Shown here: positions 51,101 through 63,719 of the stretch, piece after piece | Position numbering within the stretch: position 1 is the first letter of the stretch | Layout: the number at the start of each line of letters is the position of its first letter | Source of the DNA: Bugula neritina | Taxonomy: Eukaryota; Animalia; Bryozoa | Direction: 5' to 3' | DNA: 64,000 nt | Assembly: GCA_964035545.1 (NCBI GenBank) | Contig: OZ037769.1 | Location: 7,173,929-7,237,928 of the forward strand | Position numbers and translations under genes: made by a program | Notes under the pieces: model-generated | The model's input: the letters and a program-made list of their open reading frames with translations, nothing else | Told to the model about the DNA's origin: nothing | Database searches by the model: none

Positions 51101-51315
51101 TTGATATGGAGCTCAGTTAAGCCTGTTAATGCTATTGTTAAGGGGTTTTTAGTTACTGTTAGGAAGTTCAAATTGATCCTAATGACAATTATAATATATT
51201 ATTGTAAGATATTGACAGTGATACCACATACCTTTTTTATTACATCGTTGTCGGGTGTAAGCAGTTGCTGGAGAAGCACTTCTATATGGTTAACAGTTTG
51301 AGTTTCTTCGGCCAT
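27139..51315 (-). CDS. IPO4: Importin-4 (karyopherin-beta family, HEAT repeats), about 26 exons
   Basis: First exon 51315-51232 MAEETQ...LLTPDNDVIKK. Later motifs VRQYAAVLLRRKI, EWPQLFEFL, DSLALNLPPEKI, ALGIIAEGCSDHI, VRNGAMFALGQFSEHLQP, YYALEAYVENLG, DPDVRRC, NAYLDEKEDAC, TACQDEDEDDEDEEQAEYD, DDELRNNSVYALG and RARDNICA. Stop TAG at 27141-27139. Confidence 0.95.
28174..30300 (-). repeat. 36-41-bp minisatellite, about 55 copies, each containing the IPO4 3' splice site
   Basis: Minus-strand unit TTTACTCTGTGTTGTACAG|GTTATTATACTATATAGTA; the last unit is the real acceptor (TTGTACAG|GTAGCT, exon starts at 28175). Confidence 0.97.
30510..30740. repeat. 21-bp degenerate minisatellite (AGTAAGTATAATACTAATAGT)
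   Basis: Directly visible. Confidence 0.85.
31064..31408 (-). other. U12-type (minor spliceosome) GT-AG intron in IPO4
   Basis: 5' splice site GTATCCTT at 31408, branch site TCCTTAAC at 31084-31077, short branch-to-AG distance and no polypyrimidine tract; flanking exons join in frame (GALAP|KYGQIL). Confidence 0.93.
31768..31852. repeat. 21-bp minisatellite (CAGTCTACTACATGTCACAA core), 4 copies
   Basis: Directly visible. Confidence 0.9.
32070..32645. repeat. 36-bp minisatellite, about 16 copies, abutting an IPO4 acceptor
   Basis: Unit ATATACATACCAGGAGTAATACTATATATAATGGTG; source of four spurious ORFs. Confidence 0.97.
34284..34733. mobile_element. hAT-type MITE
   Basis: CAGGGTTGGGG...CCCCAACCCTG termini, 8-bp target duplication ATTACTAC/CTTACTAC (1 mismatch), subterminal AATTAC repeats. 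Confidence 0.88.
34742..35127. repeat. (TAGTAGTATTAGTTAC)-type 16-bp tandem repeat starting at an IPO4 donor
   Basis: Directly visible; on the minus strand it begins at G|GTAACAC. Confidence 0.93.
36742..36828. repeat. 39-bp tandem duplication
   Basis: ATGTGAGCACTGCACACAATACATAGCCTACACATAAT-type unit present twice. Confidence 0.9.
39075..39162 (-). repeat. 22-bp repeat, 4 copies, spanning an IPO4 exon end and donor
   Basis: Minus strand (GCCTC/GGCTG)TTATGCTGCCAGG|GTAT repeated four times. Confidence 0.93.
39441..39598. mobile_element. Short MITE family, copy 3
   Basis: Aligns to 19722-19908 (GATAGCCCAAGTTCT...GAACATAACTTCTTATGTTACAT...CTCAATTTC). Confidence 0.75.
40975..41183. repeat. 19-bp minisatellite (CAGTGTAAGTGTATAGTCA), about 11 copies
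   Basis: Directly visible. Confidence 0.93.
41352..41667 (-). repeat. 29-bp donor-site minisatellite, distal half (split from 46647-46880 by the Tc1 insertion)
   Basis: Plus-strand unit ACTTACAGTATAGTGTAGTAAGGTAT/C, about 11 copies. Confidence 0.93.
41668..46646 (-). mobile_element. Decayed Tc1 (DD34E-type) DNA transposon, about 1.8 kb excluding the nested insertion
   Basis: 27-bp TIRs (C/T)AGTGCTGTGAAAAAGTTTAAGGACGC and TA duplication. Transposase remnants at 46246-45250: HTH region EGYSIRKLSEKVG...GRLKISTPRDD, VIFSDES, WGCI, FQDDNAPCH, WPARSPDLNPI(N). Multiple frameshifts; the catalytic E is lost. Confidence 0.95.
41947..45141. mobile_element. 3.2-kb TIR element (TGT...ACA termini) nested in the Tc1 element; superfamily uncertain, possibly Ginger-like
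   Basis: TGTGACCTGGCACCACAAAACAAGGGATGT versus ACATCCCCGGTTTTGTCGCGACTGGTCACA; flanks AATA/TATA. Removing it restores a normal-length Tc1. Confidence 0.8.
46647..46880 (-). repeat. 29-bp donor-site minisatellite, proximal half, overlapping the IPO4 exon end at 46862
   Basis: Minus strand CCTTACTACACTATACT|GTAAGT, about 8 copies. Confidence 0.93.
47024..47326. mobile_element. Truncated palindromic MITE (same family as 10677-11098) inside the 44-bp acceptor repeat
   Basis: Inverted symmetry around about 47112; intact right end ...AAGTAAAATGACCCG; left end missing. Confidence 0.8.
47327..47684 (-). repeat. 44-bp minisatellite, 8 copies, duplicating an IPO4 acceptor plus the first 15 or so exon bases
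   Basis: Minus-strand unit CTCTTTGGTTGTCTCATTATTACAG|GTAGCCATGTCTGTATATA; same as the real acceptor at about 47020-46981. Confidence 0.95.
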
Positions 51316-51983
51316 GCTTCAGGTCACAAAGTAAGAGAAGGCATATCTTTACGTACTTCACAACGTGAGTTGTGTGATATATTTTTTGTTTGTAACTGTC
51401 GGACATCCTTCACGACCCCCACATTGAGTAATTGTCCCTCAATCTCTGACGATTTTAGGCTTACTCTGATCTCTCTATTGCAATTTCTATCTAGATTCAT
51501 GCCGAGCATGAGAAGATGACAATTTACAGTGCCAATCTTGAAAACTGCTTGTATCATTGTGATCATCACGCTTGCGACAGTAAATAATATAATTAGTTGA
51601 CGAACAGTAGTCAGTGTGAGTCTGGGTATAACTTTTTAAATACCCTTAGTCTTACTGATTCTGCTTTACCACCAAAAATTGACAATCTTATAGCTCGCAC
51701 AAATTATTAAATTAATGTTATAAATATAAAATATATTATTATTTATATTAATATTTATATTATAATTATTATAATTATTACAGCTCAACTTTACACTTTC
51801 AGTTTGAGTTTCACTCAGACTCAGTCGGTTTAACTTTCAGTAACAATTACAATAATTTTATAATTATTGTAATGTAAATGATAATATAAGTTAATATTAT
51901 AGTTGGTATTTAATTTTATGTTGTAATATACTTATGCTCCTGCTTCAACTTGCACTACAATTTGAATCAAATTCAATATCACA
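51316..51983. promoter_or_regulatory. Probable bidirectional promoter and 5' UTRs shared by IPO4 and PSMD5
   Basis: Divergent start codons about 670 bp apart; locally CpG-containing flanks around an AT-rich core. Confidence 0.6.
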
Positions 51984-54900
51984 ATGACAATGGTGCCGAT
52001 GGACTTAGAGTTGGAGGACGCCAACAGTTCTGGTTCCAGCAACACTAACAGTTCGAATTTCGATTGTAAAACATTGCCAACTTTGTTGAGCAATCTGTTC
52101 GAATCTGGTGAAAAGTCTTCTGCTATCCTTGATTTGAAAATTTATTTGAATACATTCTCGATAAAAAGTTCTCCGCAGCTAGCGTCTTGTTTGCCGAGCA
52201 AAGCAGAGTTTTTAATGCTTTTCGAACTTCTTACCTGTGTAAATCGGGATACTAATACTAAGTCTAATAGGTTTGTAGCTTTTACACTCTAGCTTGTTAA
52301 TTTTTACACATACCAATTTATTAGCACTTTAACCTTTTTAAACATTCAATTTTTATAATAATTTTGCCCGCAAATCTTTTTTTATAGAGAGTTCACTCAA
52401 AATGTCAGCAATGTTCTATCTCAGCTGCTCTGTTTACTCAAACCTGATGATCTCTTTCACAATTTCCATGATGAGATTCTTTCCGGTTTTAAGCATCCTA
52501 ATATGGAGGTCAAGCTTATGTGTTGCTTACAGGTAATCGCTCTAGTCCTATTTGTTATTCAAGTACTTCTACAAAATTTCTAAGTTGTTGTCTGTTAGAC
52601 TAAAGTTGGTAGTCTCTCGCTTATAACCGCTAGTATATCTAGTATGCTATTGCTTATGATATTCTTGAAAGCACATTCGACTGCTTTCAGTAATTTATTT
52701 TGTCTAGTAAACGGGTTTGTTGTGTAGGTGAAGAGAGTGGTGGAGGATGAAGACTGGCGGCGTCTGGTGTTGAATGAACCAGAGTTGGTGCACTCTCTAA
52801 TTGACTGCTTGTGTATTTCAGATGATTCCTCGGGAATGATAGTCAAAGAGGCATCACATGCATTGTCTGTGATTGGTAGGCTATTTAGTTAAAATTATGC
52901 TCTTGCTATGTTTTTTTTTCAAGGCTAAGTTTGGACGTTGGCTATTATAGCCTATCTTCCTAAATTTCTTTCAGGTTTTGTTGGTTGTTCCGTTCAATTA
53001 ACTTTTTAGTAACATGTGTGCATACTTAGAGATAGACTAAAATATTACCATAAAATTTGAAAAATGGAGAAGTCCTGCAATTCTTGGTGATATTTTATGT
53101 ACATTTAATACATGGATTGAATATAAATGTATTCCATCATATGACTCTGATCTGACAAAAGAAACTCTACTGTCTTTAATTATAAATGGACAGAATATGT
53201 ACTGATGGTATCTACAAGCTGTAAACAGTGTCAAACAAGTCAAACTTTTTACTATAAATTAATAAAATTCTTAGTTTTACTGTAATAATGCATGTACATA
53301 TATATCATACAGATTCCATGTTGTTGCAGCTGTCTGCCGTTTCATGTTTTAGCTATGTGTGAAGCCGGTGCCTGCATGCTTTTTGAAGAAACTAGCTCGG
53401 TTCTAATCCACATGAAAGAATGCCTATCAAAGCACAATTCTACTATTTGCTTTAGAATCTTTGAGGTAAGGAAGTTTAAAATGCTTTTAGTTTTGTTATC
53501 TGCTCCTCTGGGAAACCCTCAAAATTTATTACTGTTCTATAAATTATTAATTTTGCTTTAAATGTTTTTTTTATTTCAGGTTGTAGTTAAATGTTGTGTT
53601 CACTCGACTGAAGCAATGAAATTTTGCCAGTCAAACACTCTTCTCGAGTCACTGCTGGATAAATTCGGAGACAGTGATGATATTCTTTCTCGTGTTGTTG
53701 CTATAACAACACTGACACCATTGACTTCCTGTAAACATGGCTACCAGTGGCTGAAGTTGGAAGGTGTGTTTACAAAATTGGAAGCTGCACTGAGTGATGA
53801 TGATCCATTCTCAGCAATTGTTATGCCAGGTATTTTGAGGTTTGCCTTCAGTTGAACAGAGTCCTGTAAAATTTTCAGCAGCATTCAAAAATTATACCTT
53901 ATGCAATACTCATCAAAAACTTTGTAGAATTTATGAAAATCATATTTTAAAATTATAGTTTGATGTTTTTGTAATATATAAAAATAGCTTATATGCCATC
54001 TTATCTTCAACTCATTCCCAATACCCTGATTTGGTATTATACTCTAGTATTATGTATGTTAGGGCTACTTCTGGTTTGACATGTCTTTCAAGTGTTATAA
54101 ATCTTACAGATACCACCACTCTTCCTCTTGCTTCTACTAGATTTTATACTTGTAGAGATACTGAAGTTCTTTGCTGCTCTAAGCAAGCACTTTGCTGACT
54201 TGTTGGAATCTCATCATGGCCGCTTTCTAAACACATTGTGCTGTATTATTGGGTCAGATGAAACGTCTTTTGATCTACTGGAGGCGGCCATAGATTGTCT
54301 TACTGTTGTACTCTCTTATGATGGTGGAAAGTTTGCACTCAACAGTCTGGGTGAGTTCCCAACTATTCAACGACTCTTAATTTTGTGTGCAAATGCTTAC
54401 AAGTTTATAGACTCTTGCACCCAAATGAAACTGGTTGCAATGAGTTTATCTTGAAAAATGATAACCCCCTAGATTCATCATTAATACTAATAAGAAATCA
54501 AGTGTATCGATTGTTGGAAAATTTGATTAATACCATGTAATGCTGTGTGGCTGATACCTTACGTACAGTAATTTAGAGTTCATACTCATCGGTTATGTAG
54601 GTTGTTCAATATAAAATGTTACTGATAAAACCACCGTTTCCTCTTTAGGTGACAAATTCAAAGCAGTCATCAGACGAGTAGGTAGATTAGCCAAGGCTGG
54701 TTCATCTAGTCTGAGAGACCAGTGCTTGTGGTGTATCAGTGAGTTACTGAATGCTGGTGAGGGAGACAATGCGGATAGAGTGGTGCCTCTGTGTGAGACG
54801 TGGTACTATGAGCTGGACAGTCAACCTCTGGAGTTCCTGCTGAAGTTGTCCAAGAGCCCTATACTTGAACCTCGCTTAGCGGTTCAAAAAGTTTACACCA

Positions 54901-56027
54901 ATCTGGCTGACCAGGCTTGGGCGCTCAAGGTAAAAGCGGACTTATGTAACTTTTGCAACAGCAACATGCTTGAGAACATGTTTCAGAGACTTGAACCAAT
55001 GTATGGGTATAATGTTTTGTCACAATGGTAGTAGGAAAGTTAGGAATATTTTAGGGTACACTACCTCAGAATTTTTCTATTAATATAATATATCTAACTA
55101 TCATAAATGAGATAAATTCCATGTTATAAGAGGGGCGCCATAAATGTGTTTTATCGTCTTAATTAATGTGTGGCATGATAGATTTCTCTACACCACAGAA
55201 TATACTTACAGTGTTCGGAATTACATTGGTTAAAATCAAGAACGCTCAAGTTGTTTAATGATACAGGGATACCTAGCTGCTCTATGCTCCCAAGTTTGAT
55301 TCGTTCATGACCCAATGACCTTTAAACATAGGAGTAGCTGGATTTAATTGCAGTGTCTGGCAATGGGTAAAAAAGTTGTATACTAAATCATGTTTTGCAG
55401 GTAATGAGGGATCACCCAACATTTTGTGAGTATTTGTTGGACCGAACTACTGAATCGGAAGATGAGGGCTATGTATACAAATATACAACGATAGCGAGGA
55501 TTCTGAGAGCTAAGGCCTGTGCAGAGATTTTCCCTCTGTCATTCATTTTGAAGTTGAGGGTAAAAATAATATTGATTAATATATAATAATATATAACCGC
55601 TAGTCACGTGATGTCTGTTTAGTTTAGAGAACTAGATTTTTACATGAAGCTAGTTGAGAAACTTGGGATTGCAGACAATATCTTGTAGGAATTCCCAAGT
55701 AATCAAATCTTTGTAGCAACTTCCATGCCCATTATGCAGATATTACTATCACGATTGTTTGGATTTTTTAATTTTTTCTGTTGACATTTTTTCAACAGAA
55801 AACTATTGTTTATGAAGCCTACTAATTATGAAATCATAATATTTTATATAAATTAAGCTCTAATGTGCAGTTCAGAATTATGTAGGATAAGTGGTGCAGA
55901 AGATATTATGTTCATGAGCACTGAGAATTTACAGTAGTTCAGATGTGAATGTTATTTGCAGACCTATGAGAAACAAGGTGCCATGTATGTGCAGGCAGCA
56001 TCCCAGGTTGCAACTGAAGAAGGCTAG
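51984..56027 (+). CDS. PSMD5: 26S proteasome non-ATPase regulatory subunit 5 (S5b assembly chaperone)
   Basis: Approximate exons 51984-52270, 52388-52532, 52728-52876, 53352-53466, 53580-53829, 54156-54350, 54649-54929, 55401-55559 and 55962-56027. Motifs DDILSRV, HGYQWL, EYLLDRTTE...KY and C-terminal LRTYEKQGAMYVQAASQVATEEG*. The exact start ATG is uncertain (51984, 51990 or 51999). Confidence 0.88.
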
Positions 56028-56474
56028 ACAGCATCTTACCCTGTGGTAGTCAGATAAACTAACATTATGGAGTTGTCTCACTATATGAACTCCCATTAGT
56101 AAAAGTTGGAGTTGTCTCACTATTTAAAGGACCTTGCAAGCATGGTTCTAGTTCAAATGCAAAGACCTCAAATATTGTTTAACTTGCAAGACTACTAAGT
56201 ACAGCTGTACTGTAACTGAACTATATATTGATAATTTCACTAACGTTCAAAGTCAAATTTGAGTGTACTCTTTATTTCTACTCTTATGTTATGAGATAAA
56301 AAACATAATGTAGCACTTCATTTTCATGTCAAGCACATGCATACAACAGTAAATTTATATAATTTTCTAATACAATAATTAGAATAAATTACTGATGATT
56401 ATTTACACATAATATAAAGCATACTGTTGTATTTATTAAATGACTAATGATCCTTCAAAAATTTAACAAATCAA

Positions 56475-59400
56475 TTACGAGTCATTAAACTGGGAACCTA
56501 TCATTTTGAAAGATTCAGTCAAATCTAACCATTCTCTTTCTGGCAACATCATGTCTTTAAAACAGCTGAGCGCCAGTTCATCTGACATTTTGTGATAATA
56601 CTCTTCATCTGTAATAACACAACAGTTTATTATTTCATTCTACAGGTGTGATAATTTCTTAATAAAAATTAAAAAAGATATAAAAAGCTGTCGAACTGAT
56701 TAAGAGGGCAAGTTAAATTTGAGCTCAAAATTTTGATAAATACCACGCATGGCCCTATCTTATTAGTTTATTTTCAAATCAAAACCTACCTTTGATGAGC
56801 AAATGCCCAGCCATCTCTAACACAGCAGTGTTGAAAGCTGCTTCAGAAGGTTTTGGGCCTGCATATAGATTTATGAGTAAATTCAACACCAACGAACGAT
56901 CGAACTGGAAATATTTTCTATAGTGTTGCAAGACCATAGAGAAAGCACAATTGCATCAAGTTATCAGCACAGTGTGTAAACAAAAAATTTACTTATTCGC
57001 AAAATCTTAGTTTTAATGGATATTTTTGAGTATTTCATCAAATTTACAAATGAGTACTCTATTAAATTTACAATTTGGTACATTTTAAACATTTACATAT
57101 CACAACTGTGTGGATATTAGATAAAGTATACATGAAATATTGAGCAATATGCGACAACTTCAATGGAAAATAAAACTCTTACCTAAGATTTTAGTGCGAG
57201 GCCAGAGCAATACTCTAATAGCTGTCTCATCTGGGTTAGTAAAGGAGCGGCCCTTACACATAAATAGCGCATGGGCTATTTCATTTTGTCTCATGTGATC
57301 TACACATTTGAATATTAATCTGAAAGATATTTTAATGTATTACATAACAATATCCTGCAAATATTCTCTTAAAACATGAAAATCTCTGAAATGCACTAAA
57401 AATAACTATGTTACTAGCTACTTTTTATTAGGCAAGTGAAAAACTATTACGTATAATCTAGTCGGTAAATTGTGACTAGGACAGAACACAACTACATAAT
57501 ATATACTCTGGAACTCAAATTCTATGCATATATTTATATAAAATACACAAAGTAATGCATCTATTTTATAACATATAGATGAACTACAGCTGTTTAAACT
57601 ACAAACAAGTGAATACATTTATAACTAACTCCAGTAGCGTGAGCAATATAGTGACACATACCGGATAATTTTATTATTAGTATAGCTAATGCACAATATT
57701 GATCAATTCAATCTAAATTAATGCGGGTTCAAGTTTTATAGTAGTTACTTAGCGGGTGAAGCTAGTTTTAAGTTCAGCAGGCCAAGCTGTGTTAATTGAT
57801 TAAAAGTGTATAAGTTCATATAAGCTAGTAGTAAGATAATGTACATGTATTAAAGCTGAAAAATGAAACGTATTCATTAAACATCTCCTATACCTGTAGG
57901 TTAATTACCTGGATATTGAAGATAATTCATCAATGTGTTTTACTTCAAACCCAAAGCCATGGGGTGCATCAATGTCTAACTTGTATATTTTATCAGTCAG
58001 ATGAACTCCTGGCTAACAAATACAAAATTGTGCTGAATATTAGGCAAGTGATCTGCTACAGTTGCTGATTTCAACAAATTATTGAGTGTGCTGTGCTAAC
58101 CCAACAAAAAATTACAGCTTTTTATAAATCATAAGATAATATAAAATCAAATGAAAAACTTGTGTCACTGAAACATTTTCTAGAAAAAGGCAAAAACCGA
58201 TAATTAAATTTGTCATTAAAACAGAATTAAAACTAACAAGTAAAGCCAAAAAAGGACTAGTTGAAAAGACAAACAGCAGAATCCTGTAGAGAATTTTATA
58301 TGAAGACTGTTTCTGTTTTGAGTTTATTTGACTTGTTATATTCTCCTAGAGAAGGAGCAGGGCAAATCGCATAATATCGCTCCATTAGTTTAAATGAAGC
58401 TAACTGACTCACCACCCAATCAGCTAGCAATACTTCATCTGTGTAGTAACAGTGCAGGTGTTGATGATTCACAGAGGCATGACTGCAAAGACTGTTGAAT
58501 CCTATTTTAAATGAGCTGCAAATATGTGTAATGAATATACATGTAATAAATATACATGTAATAAATACATATGTAAAAAATATACATGTAATGAATGTGT
58601 GTAATAACCGTGTGTAGACATTTTGAAATACAAATTTTTTTTAACTATAATGTAATCCAGGCATTTATTATGATATACAGCTAAAACAAGAGTTTCAAAA
58701 CTGTGACTGGAGCAATCTAGTATTAAAACATAATGATCCAATAGTAGCATACAGAAATTTCTTGAACGAAACATCTCATATATTTAACAAATTGGCACCT
58801 TTTCAAGAAAAGACTTTCCATTTCAATAGAAAAAAGGTGAACAACTGGATCACGGATCGTTTAAAAAAAGAAATTCACAAAAAAGACAGGCTTTTTTCAC
58901 AACACAAAGCTTTTCCATACAGCCCAAAACTTAAGCAAGCCTACATTAAGCAAAGAAACAAAGTATCAACCTTAATTAAACAAGCCAAGTATAACTACTA
59001 TGATAAGCTGATTTCTAACCAAGCAGACTCCAGAAAGCTTTGGAATACAATCAACAATGCTTGTGGAAGAAAATCAACCTCTCCAAGCTTCCCAGTAAAG
59101 CTAAAAGCTGACTCAGAAATCATTACCCACCATACAGAAATAGCAAACTATATAAACAATTATTTCACTAACATTGGAAAGAACTTAGCCGATAAAATAC
59201 CAAGTGTTCCTGAGATCCCAGTCAATGCCGAAGATTGTCCTTCATTTTATTTTCAGCTGGTAGACAAAAACAGAGTTTTAACTGAACTAAAAAATTTGAA
59301 TGAAAATAAATCAGAAGGCTTAGACTTGATCCCAGCGAGGCTAGTTAAACAAAGTGCAACTTACCTTTGTCAGCCTCTCACACATATTATAAACTTGATA

Positions 59401-61086
59401 ATTAAATCAGGTGTCATTCCTAATGAACTGAAAGTAGCCAAGATTTTGCCATTTTACAAAAATAAAGGTGACAAACTTTTATGTAGTAATTATCGGCCTA
59501 TCTCAATACTTCCAGTTTACTCTAAAATACTTGAAAAAATAATCTGCAAGCAATTAAATGAACATTTAAACCTACACAAAATTTTGTCGGTTTCTCAATT
59601 TGGCTTCCAACAGAAGAAGGGTGCACAAGACGCACTGTTTAAGTTTTCAGACCAATCCTTCAAAGCACTTAATGACTCATCAGTAATATTGGGTATTTTC
59701 ATTGATTTCTCAAAAGCATTCGATACAATCAACCACAATATTTTGCTACAGAAACTACGAGATTACAATTTTGATTCTCACTCCATAAGTTTAATCCAAA
59801 ACTACTTGACCAATCGAACACAGCATGTTATAATAGAGAACAGTATATCCAATTCCTTGCATATCACCTGTGGAGTTCCCCAGGGCTCTATCTTGGGCCC
59901 TGTGCTCTTTCTGCTGTACATAAATGATTTAGCTACCCATTGTCCTTTATTTGATACTATTCTGTTTGCCGACGACACAAATCTTTTTTGGAAGAGCAAA
60001 GATTTAAATGCTGATATTGGAAATATAAACTCCTCACTAAATAAAGTCAATAACTGGTGCATTGCAAATAAACTAACTCTAAACTTAACGAAAACAAACT
60101 ACATCATTGTTAAAAACTACCAAAAGAATTTTGTACTTAACAGTACCATCCATATTGACAATATACCTCTCTCACCTAACTCAGAAATAAAATTTTTAGG
60201 TGTAGTCATTGACATTAACTTAAACTGGTGTGCTCATATAAATTCTTTAAGGACTCAGCTCAACAAAGTAACTGGTATGATATACTTAGCTTCAAAGTTT
60301 TTACCATACAAAGCTTTGATTTTATTATATAACAGTCTGATAAACAGCAAACTTACATATTGCTTAGAAGCCTGGGGAAATGCCCCTAAAACCCATCTGA
60401 ACAAGTTGCTTTTAATTCAAAAACGCATTATTCGCATTTTTTCCACAAATCACCTACTGAACACACATCACCTCTATTTATCAAAGCAGAAATTCTTCCT
60501 ATTGATCTCTTGTATATCTACCGCCTATGTCTTCTTGGTCATTCAGCTTATTATACTCCATTTCACACCAAACAACCACCAACTTACCTCACCAGACATT
60601 CTGAACTTTCCTTACCCTTACCTCTCTCTACCTCCGCAGCAGGTCATCGTCAAGTGTCCTACCAGATGTCTAGCAATTGGAATAAACTACCTCTGACTTT
60701 AAGACATCATCAAAGCTTTGCCACATTTAAAATATTGTTGAAAAAGCACCTACTAAAATCTTTAACTTAATCTGAATAAATAGTTCCCACTATTTTTTCA
60801 ACTGCCACTTGGGCCCCGCTCCTTGAATAGCTATGCTACTGAGCACATGGGCCCCCATCTTGACTTCGATTGATATTATATATAAATTGAATTTAGCTCT
60901 TTTTGTGTTACTGTTGTATATTTGTATTTTTTTTGTCCTTTTGTTTTTTTGATGGAAATAAAGAAAACAACAAACAACAACAACAAATAAACTGACTAGG
61001 CACTGAAACATTTATATCAGTTTGTAATAAAACTATGACTACTGATTGAAGTGAAAAATTCTTATATTTTCATTCTTATCTGTATT

Positions 61087-61121
<35 letters not shown>

Positions 61122-63173
61122 ATATATATATACTGTATATATACATATATTGATAAAAACAGGAGTTATGCTACCTTTGAAAACTGAGGCACATCAACTC
61201 CAGGGACAGCTGTATACCGTGTAGTGTGAGGTTCTACATAAAAACACATTTAAAATAGATTATTTTCAATATGCCTAATAAATAAAGAGAAGTGGAATGA
61301 CAGTAGCAGTTGAACAAAACATGATATTTTGAAATCAAATGTTACTCGGAATACTGTAATGCAGTAACAAATCTGTGTAATACTCTATAATAAACAATAC
61401 CAACAGAGTATAATGCAATGACTACAAATATTTATAATTTCACATCAACATTAAAATCACTGATGAAATATAAAGAGAATACCTGATTATGTTGCATATC
61501 TACTTCAGGAACAATAAGAGAATGGGCGCAATCCACAGGGCTGACCTACAATATTAAACACATATAAAATTGAACTAGCATCAAAGAATCCTAGTGAAAT
61601 GTCAAGATAATAAGTTTTTCACACTCACTCCTCCACAAAACAACTAAAAAAGAGTGAAACTGTGTAAAAATTGTTTTATACATGCTGACCATCATTTTTA
61701 ATTTATGTTCCAAAATTAAAAAAAACATTCTATTTAAAATTTTTAAAATATATATAGTAAAAAAAGTCAGTTAGAATCTTATTGATTGCATTTTTAGTTC
61801 TATATATTACATTTAAGACTTTCAATAATTTTTTTCCTGATTCTAGTGAATAAGTAAACCAGGATAATCTCATATAATATGATTTTTAAAAAACTTATTC
61901 CTTTAATGAAAAATATCAAAGACTACAGTAGTATTTCAGACTTCAATACACAACTTTTTTTCCCAGAAAAGCATTTATAACTTAAGTAATAGATTAACAA
62001 AACCTATGGCAAGTTTCTAGGACCTAGGTAATAAAGACTAACATTTATAATAATTTGGTCTTTGGTGAGAGAAGTTCGATTCTTGTGCTTCAGTTGAAAA
62101 AGAATTTCCTCCTTCTTCACCTTTGTGAAGTTGAACTTGTTGCTATCAAATGGTTGATTAACACTGAACATAGCCTGGGGTGGCCGTCTTTCTGTAGCCC
62201 TTTTCTCATTTAACTGTAATTATGGTTTGTAATAAAACAGGGGGAAAGTGAACAGCAGGTGTTGTGAAGCAAAGCAATCTCACATTCAATTGCTTGCATT
62301 ATGCAGTGGACTTCTCATTGGATGTTTGGGAACAGTTGCACCAAATGAAATTACAACCAAAACTTAATACAAACTGCAACCACAAATCCATCCATAGCTC
62401 TCTACACATAACTATTTGAAGCAATGAAAATGCAGTGATTAAATAAAAATATCCATTTCATAATTCAATAGAAACAGTGATAAAATTGACAAATAAACAA
62501 ACAAGTTCTACTCTGCAGCCACAAATCCATGTATGTATCCACTCAGTGATAATGTCAAATTTAAATTAAATAGGCTCAACAATTTATTTAATAATATACA
62601 GGGCCACCTATTACAATTATTGCCAGCACCAAGCCTGCTGGGTTATACAACTACTATTTTATGAGACCACAACTTTATGCAGTTCAAACTGTTTGGGAAA
62701 ACATGACTTGCCAATATTTACAATGAGCACCCAATTAATCCATACCATAGACAATACAACCAAATTACTCTTCAGAAATATGTATAATAAGGTGGCAAAC
62801 TTACTAGGGCAACATATTTGTGAGGCCCTTCAATGTGTTTAGATTTTATATGGCCTAGATCATAGTTGAACAGTCCTTTCTGCATAGCTTTTTCCCATTT
62901 GAAGATTAGCGTTTCATCAAACTGATAATTACAAGTGTAACCAAGTTAGACAAATAAGTTGAGAAAAAAGAATATGCTTTATTTATCTAATTTATAATTA
63001 CTTTATTTATAATTTAGGTGATCTTATTTTGCCTTTAGAATGCGACACGATTAAATTATTTTAATAATGAAGTTAATTTCATAAAATGGCTCACATACAT
63101 CACTTCTTGTAATCCGATCACCAGCTATTCTAAAATCCTCATCTCCATATATAAAGTAGTCATGTGTTGACAT
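56475..63173 (-). CDS. GDPGP1: GDP-D-glucose phosphorylase 1 (HIT-like, VTC2 family)
   Basis: Nine coding exons give FDETLIFKWEKAMQKGLFNY, LNEKRATERRPPQ...QPFDSNKFNFTKVKKEEILF, INVSPVDCAHSLIVP, FKIGFNSLCSHASVNHQHLHCYY (HIT motif), NEIAHALF, RVLLWPR and FNTAVLEMAGHLLIK; stop TAA at 56477-56475. Confidence 0.93.
58762..60997 (+). mobile_element. 5'-truncated non-LTR retrotransposon (CR1/L2 group, Crack/Daphne-like), antisense in a GDPGP1 intron
   Basis: RT motifs NYRPISILP, QFGF, FIDFSKAFDTINH, GVPQGSILGP, LFADDT and KFLGV; no endonuclease domain. One frameshift at about 60440, after which HTSPLF...ILP continues to a stop at 60770. The 3' UTR ends in a CAA-rich tract and AATAAA. Confidence 0.93.
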
Positions 63174-63719
63174 TCTGATTGTCTGAAATAGCATTTACTA
63201 AAATAAGTCAAAATATCAATGAATAGCTAAATTGTAGTTATATTAAGAGTTGCAAACCAATTAAATATTAACCTTATACAATGCCATTTGCTATGTAACT
63301 ACAATATGGTTATTGGTAATATCATAAACTTATTTATTACAACACAATCGATACCCAGTTATCATAATTCATATGCTTATACTTATAGTCTAGCTGACAC
63401 AAAGTTATTGACTTTTACAACATTAGCCTCAAGATTTAATAAATTAAAACATAATTTGTACAACACAGAATCCCCACAGGAAAACTGTAATTTCAAGTAG
63501 ACGACAGGGTAAAATGGTTCAAGTTGTGAACAGAGTCACTGTCAAAGTTTTGTAACTTATATTTAATAATTATTCGAATAACTATGAGTATAAGAGTAAG
63601 ACTAACACTTTAACAGTAACAGTAACTCACTAATTCTAAGAGTACGAGTAAGTCAAAGCGTTAGCTAAGCCTACGGGTTACACTTACAGTTACACTTGCA
63701 CAGCCAGTGTCACACTCAC

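Noticed and set aside
51324-51569. 81-aa ORF just upstream of IPO4 as an N-terminal extension
   Set aside because: It ends in a stop before the IPO4 ATG and has no recognisable similarity; at most an untested uORF.
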